NCBI GenBank assembly: GCA_964605525.1
Contig: CAZSCV010000003.1
Coordinates: 4,227-68,226 of the forward strand
Source: an uncultured Bdellovibrionales bacterium
GTDB lineage: Bacteria; Patescibacteriota; Minisyncoccia; Moranbacterales; UBA9337
Length of the DNA stretch: 64,000 bases
Reading direction: 5' to 3'
Shown: positions 56,649 through 64,000 of the stretch, one piece after another
Layout of the letters: each line of letters begins with the position of its first letter
Numbering within the stretch: position 1 is the stretch's first letter
Translations under genes and position numbers: made by a program
The notes under the pieces: generated by a model
Told to the model about the DNA's origin: nothing
The model's database searches: none
Seen by the model: only the letters and a program-made list of their open reading frames with translations

Positions 56649-57211
56649 CACTCTTGGCAAGTGGACTATATCATTCTCTCATAATTTTATAACAATGAGA
56701 GATTGGGCGCTTTTTGGAAGATTATTGTTGGGACTCACTTCCTAGTCTCTACACCTTTCCCGAGAATTAAAACCCGTCGGGACTTGGCTCGGTATTAGAG
56801 TGGCTCTCCTTCACCGAATTCACCCAATTTTTCGATCAGAGTCACCTCTGAAAGCTGCCTAGCATGGACTTCTATGTGACAATTACTGCATAATAAAATG
56901 CATTTGTCTAACTCAGATTTTACTCGATCCCATGACCGAGTATATCCTTTCTCTGAGACACCGAAATCTTTTGCTGCAGGTTCCAAATGATGAAAAGCAA
57001 GAGCGTTTTCACATTTGTTGTATCCGCATATTTGACAAGCACCTCCTTTATATTGGAGAGATTTCTTCTTGATATCCTTTCTTCTTTTATCAACAAAAAA
57101 TTTGCTTTTGCATTGCGGACTACAGAACCTGCGCCGTGGTTTTACATTTTTTGTACAAATTTTCCAAGCACATTTCATATGCTATATTATACAAAAATAT
57201 AAGCCAAATTG
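56649..57211 (-). mobile_element. Group I intron (563 nt) in the tRNA-Asn anticodon
   Basis: 5' exon ends in U, intron ends in G; core motifs GAATTCGGTGAA, AATACCGAGCCAAG, GTAGAGACTA, GATATAGTCC. Confidence 0.9.
56795..57178 (-). CDS. Intron-encoded HNH homing endonuclease
   Basis: CQICGY, FHH, LLCSNCH..VH; N-terminal C..C/FCS..C zinc motif; lies inside the intron. Confidence 0.88.
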   Translation of the reverse strand: MKCAWKICTKNVKPRRRFCSPQCKSKFFVDKRRKDIKKKSLQYKGGACQICGYNKCENALAFHHLEPAAKDFGVSEKGYTRSWDRVKSELDKCILLCSNCHIEVHARQLSEVTLIEKLGEFGEGEPL

Positions 57212-57526
57212 ACAGTCACCTGCGCTACCACTGCGCCACGTCGGAATATATTCTATTTTTAAACGACACAATCCCATTATATAGAAAAAGAAAAATAAAT
57301 CAAGGGTTTGTATTGGAAAAGCGTATCGTGGATAATTCTTGATATTTTTTGAAACAAAATAAATATCCAAGCAGTAATAATAAAAAGCAATGGATTAATG
57401 GGTGATGTTTTGCAAATAATTTGTTTTTTATATATAAAATCTTAACTTTCGGCTGTAATTCAGCCGACGGAAAATAAGCAATCTGACAAATTTCAATATA
57501 TTTTAATCATTAATTCACACAAAAAT

Positions 57527-57928
57527 ATGAAAAACAGAGTAGTGCATTTTGAAATTCAGGCCGACAACGTGGAGCGCGCCAAGAATTTCTATGAAAAAGC
57601 TTTCGGATGGAAAATTGAAAAATATGAAAGCAAAGAGAAGATGGAAATGCCGATGGATTATTGGATGGTTATGACGGGCGAAAAAGGAACACCTGGAATT
57701 GACGGAGGAATGTACCAGCGTCCGAAAGATGACAAGATTTATACCTATGATTGCACGATTGAAGTTGAAGACATCGACAAGGCGGTGGAGGCGGTCAAAT
57801 CCGGCGGAGGAACGATTACTCGTGAGAAAAGCGAGCTCGCCGGAGTGGGCTGGTTTGCCAGCGCCAAAGATCCGGAAGGCAACCGTTTTGCCTTGATGCA
57901 ACCGGTTGGATGGAAGATGGAAGGATAG
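57527..57928 (+). CDS. VOC/glyoxalase family protein
   Basis: VVHFEI, FY..FGW, DPEGN. Confidence 0.9.
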   Translation: MKNRVVHFEIQADNVERAKNFYEKAFGWKIEKYESKEKMEMPMDYWMVMTGEKGTPGIDGGMYQRPKDDKIYTYDCTIEVEDIDKAVEAVKSGGGTITREKSELAGVGWFASAKDPEGNRFALMQPVGWKMEG

Positions 57929-57973
57929 TTTATTGAAGATGTTGAGCAGGATATAAAACAAAAAGACGACTTA

Positions 57974-58618
57974 CTACGAGTTGTTCTTTTTGTTTCTTCG
58001 GTGGAAAATTATTATCGGAACTATTATAATCATTCCGATAATGAAAGCGAAAATCTGAAAACGGATAGGGACGGCGCCTAGATATGCCAGTGCAGCGGTA
58101 GCGGGGATGACTCCGAGAAATGTGGTGGCAAGATATATTTTCCAATGAATATCAGTAAAGAGTCCCAAAGCGTAGCTGAGAATGTCAACCGGAGTCACAA
58201 TACGCAAAAAAATCAAATACCAAAAAAGATTTTTTTCCGGAATATATTTGTAATGTTCTTTGACTTTATCCAGGGAAATAAATTTTTTCACGATGTCTGC
58301 TCCATATTTTCTGGCAATCCAAAACGCTAGCATTGATCCGAGCGTCCAGCCGAAAACGCTAATGATGATAGTCCAGAATATTCCCCACAAACTCACCGAA
58401 AGGGGAATGAGCGGAATGCTAGTAAATGGAGCAATGACAATTGCCAGGACAATGGCAAGAATATAGAAAAAAATTCCCAGCAGGTCATAGCCCATTATCA
58501 GTTCGCGGATGGCTTCGGTATATTGCTGGGTCAAAAAAGCGGACAACACAAAAATTCCGGCGATAATGAGAAGAGGGAAAAGTTCTTTTATTAAATTTTT
58601 TCCAGGCATATTTTTCAT
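57974..58618 (-). CDS. DedA/VTT (TVP38-like) membrane protein
   Basis: GS..AF.IAR.YG, LR..P.D..SY..GL. Confidence 0.82.
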   Translation of the reverse strand: MKNMPGKNLIKELFPLLIIAGIFVLSAFLTQQYTEAIRELIMGYDLLGIFFYILAIVLAIVIAPFTSIPLIPLSVSLWGIFWTIIISVFGWTLGSMLAFWIARKYGADIVKKFISLDKVKEHYKYIPEKNLFWYLIFLRIVTPVDILSYALGLFTDIHWKIYLATTFLGVIPATAALAYLGAVPIRFQIFAFIIGMIIIVPIIIFHRRNKKNNS

Positions 58619-58741
58619 GGCTTCAGAATAGCATCATTGAGAGTTTGAGGAAAGCCACCCCGATGAAATATTTGTCACAATTATTCGTACTACAAAACAT
58701 TAAGGGCGCGGTTGTCTAATTATTTAATTTGTTTAAAATGT

Positions 58742-58990
58742 ATGTGGAGTTATTATCACATGGGAGGTTTGGGGTTCGGGTTGGGCTGGATTTTTCAATT
58801 GGTTTTTTGGGTGCTGGTAATTTGGTTGATTCTGGTTTTGGTAAATCATTTTTCCAAAAAATCAGGAAGTCGTTGTTGTGGAATGGGAGAAAGCAAAGAG
58901 AACGAAGCGCTTCAAATTTTGAAAAACCGTTATGCCAAAGGAGAAATCAAAAAAGAAGAATTTGAACAGATGAAAAAAGACTTGCAATAG
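58742..58990 (+). CDS. SHOCT domain membrane protein
   Basis: TM followed by ALQILKNRYAKGEI.KEEF. Confidence 0.82.
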   Translation: MWSYYHMGGLGFGLGWIFQLVFWVLVIWLILVLVNHFSKKSGSRCCGMGESKENEALQILKNRYAKGEIKKEEFEQMKKDLQ

Positions 58991-59079
58991 TTTTTTTGAA
59001 AAAGCTTTCGCTTGTGTTAAACTGTTCATATAATCGATTTTTTTAGATAAAGTTTGCAATAAAAATTAAGCTAAAAAAT

Positions 59080-59583
59080 ATGTCAAAAACACAAGAAAAT
59101 TTGAGAGCGGCATTTGCTGGTGAGTCTCAGGCTAATCGAAAATATTTGGCTTTTGCCAAGGTGGCGGAAAAAGAAGGAAAAGCGAATTTGGCAAAATTGT
59201 TTCGGGCGGTAGCGGAAGGGGAAACGGTTCATGCTCTCAATCATTTGAATGTTTTGGGCGATGTAAAAGATAGCGCGCAAAACTTGAAAGCGGCAATTGC
59301 CGGAGAGACATATGAAATTGAGGAAATGTACCCCGAGTTTATTTCTGAAGCTGTGGAAGAAGAAAATGCTTTGGCAGAAATGAGTTTTGATAAGGCTAAT
59401 GAGGTGGAGAAGAAGCATCAAGAAATATATTCGCAGGCATTGGAAAAAATTGAAGCCGGAGCGGATATTGATGAAAAGAAATACTTTGTTTGCGGAGTTT
59501 GCGGATATCTATCAGAAAACGAAGCGCCGGAAGTTTGTTCTGTTTGCAATGCGCCAAAAGAGAGGTTTTCCGAAATTGTCTGA
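59080..59583 (+). CDS. rbr: Rubrerythrin
   Basis: AFAGESQANRKY, E..H twice, C..CGY..CSVC rubredoxin-like domain. Confidence 0.92.
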   Translation: MSKTQENLRAAFAGESQANRKYLAFAKVAEKEGKANLAKLFRAVAEGETVHALNHLNVLGDVKDSAQNLKAAIAGETYEIEEMYPEFISEAVEEENALAEMSFDKANEVEKKHQEIYSQALEKIEAGADIDEKKYFVCGVCGYLSENEAPEVCSVCNAPKERFSEIV

Positions 59584-59681
59584 AGCGAAAATGAAAAACA
59601 GCATAATATTAAAAAATGCTGTTTTTTTATTTTTTAGCGCGTGGTATACTGGGAGTATAAAAAGAGAAATTTAAAATAAAA

Positions 59682-60086
59682 ATGAACACAAAAAAAGGTT
59701 TGGTTTTTTTCATGGAAGATGATGGAGTGATTCGAAAAAAATATACGGAGTTTCTGGAGAAGAACGGATTTGTTGTCAAGGAATCTTGCAATGGAAAAGA
59801 AGGATGTTGTTGCTTGAAAGCGGCGCAAAAATCCACTGTTTTTCCGGAAGTTATCATAATGGATTTAATAATGCCAAAAATGGATGCTATTGATGTTTTG
59901 GAAAGAATAAAAAAACATGAAGGGTGCAATAAAATTCCAGTGATTGTTATGAGTGAATCTGAAAGCCGGGAAGATAGAATGCAAATTTTGAGTATGGGAG
60001 CTGATGAATTTTTGTTAAAATCGGAACTCACGCCGGAAATATTGATGGACGCGATAAAGAAAGTCACCACCTCCGTCGTAGAATAA
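59682..60086 (+). CDS. Single-domain response regulator receiver
   Basis: EDD, MDLIMP, GA..FLLK. Confidence 0.82.
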   Translation: MNTKKGLVFFMEDDGVIRKKYTEFLEKNGFVVKESCNGKEGCCCLKAAQKSTVFPEVIIMDLIMPKMDAIDVLERIKKHEGCNKIPVIVMSESESREDRMQILSMGADEFLLKSELTPEILMDAIKKVTTSVVE

Positions 60087-60100
60087 AGCAGGCGAATAAT

Positions 60101-60841
60101 ATGAAAAAAATATTGGCAATAATTATCTTTTTTATTTTCTTGATCGGAGTGAATTCTTGGGTTTGGTCGAATTTGAAAAAAAATGAAATCAAATCCGCAA
60201 ATAGTAATATTGTTTCTATTTCAGATATTCAATCAAATACAAGTAATGGCAATAACAATGTTGATGACGCTACTGATACGTCACAGGAAGGCGATCCGCT
60301 TGTTGATTGGGCGCCTGCCGATAGTCAGAATTCGGATTACAATCCGCCTCTTTTGCATATCGATATTTCCAAGAAACCTTTCGGAATTTTGATAAGCCCG
60401 GAAAATTCTCCGGTTTCTCCTGAAAAATTTTCCGGGTATCACACTGGAACTGATTTTGAAATCGCTGCGGAAGATTTGGATAAGGACGTTTCCGTTTTTG
60501 CGGTTTGTTCCGGGGATGTGGAAAGCGTGAAAATAATCAGCGGGTACGGCGGGGTGATGGTGCAAAAATGCACTTTGAATAATGAGGATATCAGAGTGCT
60601 TTACGGGCATATTAATATTGATAAGATTTCCATCAAAGAGGGCGAATACTTGCCAAGCGGCAAAGAATTTGCTATTCTAGCAGACAATGTGAGCGAGCTT
60701 TCCGGAGGAGAAAGGAAGCATTTGCATTTGGGAATTTGGAAAGGAACAAAGATTGACGTGCGAGGATATGTGCAAGATGAAAGTGAACTTTCCGAGTGGA
60801 TTGATTTCGGTTTGATTGTGGATTTGAATAATATTGAGTGA
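60101..60841 (+). CDS. M23 family peptidase
   Basis: YHTGTD, YGG, LYGH, HLHLG. Confidence 0.82.
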   Translation: MKKILAIIIFFIFLIGVNSWVWSNLKKNEIKSANSNIVSISDIQSNTSNGNNNVDDATDTSQEGDPLVDWAPADSQNSDYNPPLLHIDISKKPFGILISPENSPVSPEKFSGYHTGTDFEIAAEDLDKDVSVFAVCSGDVESVKIISGYGGVMVQKCTLNNEDIRVLYGHINIDKISIKEGEYLPSGKEFAILADNVSELSGGERKHLHLGIWKGTKIDVRGYVQDESELSEWIDFGLIVDLNNIE

Positions 60842-60944
60842 TGTTTGCTTTCCTGATGATTCAAGAAAAATATTTTACTATATTTTTTTTCTTGAATTTT
60901 AATTGTTTGTATATTAATAATAAATTTGTAAATTTTGTAAGTCT

Positions 60945-61916
60945 ATGTTGATTGATGATGTGACAATTGAAACGGAAGCGGGAAATGGAGGCGATGGATC
61001 CGTTGCTTTTAATAAGAACATGCTCAGTCTTGGTCCGACCGGAGGAGATGGCGGAAAAGGAGGGGATGTTTTTTTGGAGGGTGTGGCGAATATCGGAGCG
61101 CTGAAAGTTTATCGGAATCAAAAGGTATTTCATGCTGAGGATGGAAAAAGAGGAGGGCAACAGAGAAAGATTGGAAGAAACGGAGAGAATTTATATTTGA
61201 AAGTTCCGGTAGGCACGGTGATTCATTTTGCCAATGGAACGATCCGGGATGTTTTTTATGTCGGAGAAAAAGTTTTGGTGGCAAAAGGAGGAGAAGGCGG
61301 AAGGGGAAATTTTTCTTTTCGTTCATCAAGAAATACCAGTCCAAAAGAATCTACTCCGGGAACGAAGGGTAAGAAAAATAAATTGCGCTTGGAGCTAAAA
61401 TTGATTGCTGATGTGGGATTTGTCGGACTTCCAAATGCCGGAAAATCGAGCCTTATCAATGAACTCACTAATGCGAACAGTCGAGTGGGGAATTATAATT
61501 TTACCACTTTGGAACCGAGCTTGGGAGCATATTATGATTTGATTTTGGCGGATATTCCGGGACTTATTGAAGGGGCATCAGAAGGAAAAGGCTTGGGACA
61601 CAAATTCCTCCGCCATATTGAACGCACAAGAATTATTTTTCATTTTGTTTCCTGCGAGTCTGATGATGTGGCAAGGGATTATGAAACAATCAGAAAAGAA
61701 TTGGAAGCGCATAATCCAGAACTCATTGAAAAAGATGAATATTTATTTCTCAGCAAGAGTGATTTGCTCCCGGAAAAAGAGTTGGCAAAAAAGATGAAAG
61801 TTTTGCAAAAAATAAACCCGGAAGCGATTGCCATTTCCATTATCGATGAAAACAGTTTGCAAAAAGTGAAAAATATTTTAGCGCAGGTCGCCGAGAAAAG
61901 GAAAATGGTAGAATAA
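60945..61916 (+). CDS. obg: GTPase Obg/CgtA
   Basis: AGNGGDG, GGDGGKGG, GLPNAGKSSL, FTTL.P, DIPGLIEGA. Confidence 0.96.
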   Translation: MLIDDVTIETEAGNGGDGSVAFNKNMLSLGPTGGDGGKGGDVFLEGVANIGALKVYRNQKVFHAEDGKRGGQQRKIGRNGENLYLKVPVGTVIHFANGTIRDVFYVGEKVLVAKGGEGGRGNFSFRSSRNTSPKESTPGTKGKKNKLRLELKLIADVGFVGLPNAGKSSLINELTNANSRVGNYNFTTLEPSLGAYYDLILADIPGLIEGASEGKGLGHKFLRHIERTRIIFHFVSCESDDVARDYETIRKELEAHNPELIEKDEYLFLSKSDLLPEKELAKKMKVLQKINPEAIAISIIDENSLQKVKNILAQVAEKRKMVE

Positions 61917-62051
61917 AAGCATATATTTTTTTAGGTAATATTTAAATTGACCAAGTGTATCCTGGTCAATTTTTTGAATGAATGTAAATTGTCTTGCATG
62001 AAAATAAAGAGGTGATATAATAAAGATGCTATATCACTAAAATAAAAAAAT

Positions 62052-62861
62052 ATGAAAAATAATATTTTCGAAGAAATAAAGAAGGTTAATGAAAATGGAG
62101 TTGAATATTGGGAGGGCAGAGAGTTAATGCCCTTACTTGGTTATAATAGATGGGAAAATTTTGAAAAAGTTATTAAAAAGGCAATTGTGGCTTGCGAAGG
62201 ATCCGGACAAGAAAAAGATGACCATTTTCGTGATGCTACGAAAATGGTTGAAATTGGCTCAAGTACTGTCCGGCAGGTGAGAGATTGGAAGTTGGATCGT
62301 TACGCATGTTACCTGATTGCGCAAAATGGAGATTCGAAAAAACAGGAAATTGCTTTAGCGCAAACATATTTCGCAATTCAGACCAGAAAACAAGAAGAGT
62401 TTGATCAGCTATTGGAGGATAAAAAGAGATTGGATTTGCGGGGTGAAATTAAAAAGCATAATGTATCATTGGCAGAAGCGGCAGGAAATGCTGGCGTGGT
62501 TAACTATGGAAAGTTTCAAAATTTCGGATATAAGGGTTTGTATGGCGGGTTGGATGCAAATGATATTCATAAAAAGAAAAAATTGAAAAAAACACAAAAA
62601 ATTCTTGACCATATGGGAAGTGAGGAACTGGCAGCGAATTTGTTCCGCGCCACTCAAGCGGATGCGAAATTGCGAAGGGATAAAATAAAAGGCGAAGAAC
62701 GTGCGAATGTGACCCATTTCGCAGTTGGACAAAAGGTACGAAAGACAATTGAAGATCTTGGTGGAACAATGCCAGAAGAATTGCCAAGTACCGACGGAAT
62801 TTGCAACTCAAAAAAGAGGATTGGGAATGATGAGAAGAAAAATAAAATTTTAGAAAAATAA
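62052..62861 (+). CDS. dinD: DNA damage-inducible protein D
   Basis: EYW..RELM..LGY..W, RYACYLIAQNGD, QTYFAIQTR, GY.GLYGG, MPEELP. Confidence 0.9.
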   Translation: MKNNIFEEIKKVNENGVEYWEGRELMPLLGYNRWENFEKVIKKAIVACEGSGQEKDDHFRDATKMVEIGSSTVRQVRDWKLDRYACYLIAQNGDSKKQEIALAQTYFAIQTRKQEEFDQLLEDKKRLDLRGEIKKHNVSLAEAAGNAGVVNYGKFQNFGYKGLYGGLDANDIHKKKKLKKTQKILDHMGSEELAANLFRATQADAKLRRDKIKGEERANVTHFAVGQKVRKTIEDLGGTMPEELPSTDGICNSKKRIGNDEKKNKILEK

Positions 62862-62869
62862 TTTTTTTT

Positions 62870-62981
62870 CACATCCTGTGATGTCCGTCACAGGATGTGT
62901 TGGACTGAAATTGAAAAAGGTACCTTTGGAGGTACCTTTTTTGTTTGTGAACATACCTTTGAACATAGCATAGTATGTTCA
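62870..62981. repeat. Cluster of three unrelated hairpins
   Basis: CACATCCTGTGA/TCACAGGATGTG; AAAAAGGTACCT/AGGTACCTTTTT; TGAACATA/TATGTTCA. Confidence 0.8.
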
Positions 62982-63003
62982 TCAGGATCGAACGGGTTGA
63001 TAT

Positions 63004-63357
63004 TTATTTCACTTTTCGAAAGACAACTTTGTAAACCGGTTCATATTCGTTTTCATATTCGTCGGTGATGGAGATGGGTTTTCCTTCGGCAACACTGGCG
63101 ATGGCGATGTCGCTAATCATTTCATTGAGTTTGTCAATTTCAAGCTTGAGATCTTCCATTCTTTGCCAGCGCATACCCATCTTTTGTTGAACAATCGCTT
63201 CAAGTTGTTTTTTCTTTTCACGAAGCTCCGTAGCCTTGTCGACAATCACTTCATAATCATCGGCTTGAGCGAGCATATCCTTGTATTCTTCGCGGATGTC
63301 TTTTTGTTCCTTTTTTATTTCTTTCACCTTGTTGAATATTTCTTGGATGTCTTGCAT
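63004..63357 (-). CDS. Hypothetical coiled-coil protein
   Basis: 117-aa ATG ORF, heptad pattern, C-terminal YEP.Y.V.F.K. Confidence 0.7.
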   Translation of the reverse strand: MQDIQEIFNKVKEIKKEQKDIREEYKDMLAQADDYEVIVDKATELREKKKQLEAIVQQKMGMRWQRMEDLKLEIDKLNEMISDIAIASVAEGKPISITDEYENEYEPVYKVVFRKVK

Positions 63358-63502
63358 AATGTTTATTTTTTTAATTATTTTTTTTATGAAACAACAAAAT
63401 CAATTGTAGCACAAGAAAACAAAAACTGAAAATTTGCTACAAGAGAGTAAAGAAGATATGATTAAACAAGTGCCAATTTGAATATAAGAAGTTGCCAAAT
63501 TT

Positions 63503-63970
63503 ATGCAAAAAATCACAATTCTTGCCGTGGGAAAAATAAAAGAAAAATATTTTAAGGAGGCTTGCCAGGAATATCTCAAAAGGATTGGTCCGTATGCTCG
63601 AGTTGAAATGGAAGAAATTGGCACAGAGTCTTTTTTTGGCGATGGCGACAAGGAAAAAGCTAAGGAAAAAGAGGGCGGAAGGATTTTGAAATTTTTAGAC
63701 AGGAATGATGATTGTCAGATTTTTCTTTTGGAGGAAAATGGAAATGAGATGGACTCGGTTTCTTTTTCAAGAAAAATGGAAAAAATTCAAAATCCTATTA
63801 TTTTCGTGATTGCCGGAGCGCTCGGGTTTTCTGATGAAGTGAAGAAAAGAGGATTTGGAAAACTTTCTCTCTCACAAATGACATTTCCGCATGAATTGGC
63901 GAGGCTTGTTTTGTTGGAACAAGTATATCGCGCCACCACAATTTGCAAAGGAAAAAAGTACCATTATTAG
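63503..63970 (+). CDS. rlmH: 23S rRNA pseudouridine-1915 N3-methyltransferase
   Basis: AVGK, EY.KR, LSLSQMTFPHELAR.VLLEQ.YRA, YH. Confidence 0.93.
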   Translation: MQKITILAVGKIKEKYFKEACQEYLKRIGPYARVEMEEIGTESFFGDGDKEKAKEKEGGRILKFLDRNDDCQIFLLEENGNEMDSVSFSRKMEKIQNPIIFVIAGALGFSDEVKKRGFGKLSLSQMTFPHELARLVLLEQVYRATTICKGKKYHY

Positions 63971-64000
63971 TGTTGAATATGGTATAATTCAATTATTAAA

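Larger units (their letters stand above)
56608..57245 (-). tRNA. tRNA-Asn(GUU), split by an intron (exons 57245-57212 and 56648-56608)
   Basis: Joined exons give a 75-nt cloverleaf: TCCGACG/CGTCGGA acceptor, GGTGA-CTGT^TAA-TCACT anticodon arm, TTCGAAT T loop, G discriminator, CCA. Confidence 0.93.

Noticed and set aside
1-64000. Alternative genetic code (TGA recoded)
   Set aside because: polA, pyk, the DEAD-box gene and pyrF end at TGA at expected lengths, and conserved genes are uninterrupted under code 11

Overview
AT-rich, gene-dense bacterial DNA using the standard code (TGA is a stop). Gene content and style suggest a Patescibacteria/CPR (Parcubacteria-like) genome; this is an inference. 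The backbone carries polA (partial), mutM, holA, rpsT, ruvA, murE, lemA, htpX, pyk, dnaG-rpoD, ddl, obg, dinD and rlmH, plus ArsR/ArsP, MarR-RND and ABC modules. The most unusual signals are non-coding. (1) A 30-bp double-hairpin element (TCCGCC-CAA-GGCGGA plus a second 6-3-6 hairpin whose stem covaries) occurs six times: five copies in frame inside four protein genes, using all three reading frames, and one exactly inside the anticodon of a duplicated tRNA-Ser 5' half that precedes a GIY-YIG gene. (2) Three copies sit at the same position of a second, heptamer-repeat element, which also occurs empty. (3) tRNA-Asn(GUU) is split within its anticodon by a 563-nt group I intron encoding an HNH endonuclease. 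(4) A PaaX/Cas2-like gene is bracketed by two 38-bp hairpin direct repeats. (5) A cassette-like accessory region (about 46-56.5 kb) downstream of tRNA-Asn has recurring boundary repeats and pyrE-like/pyrF genes. Protein family names come from motifs read by eye; no database searches were run.
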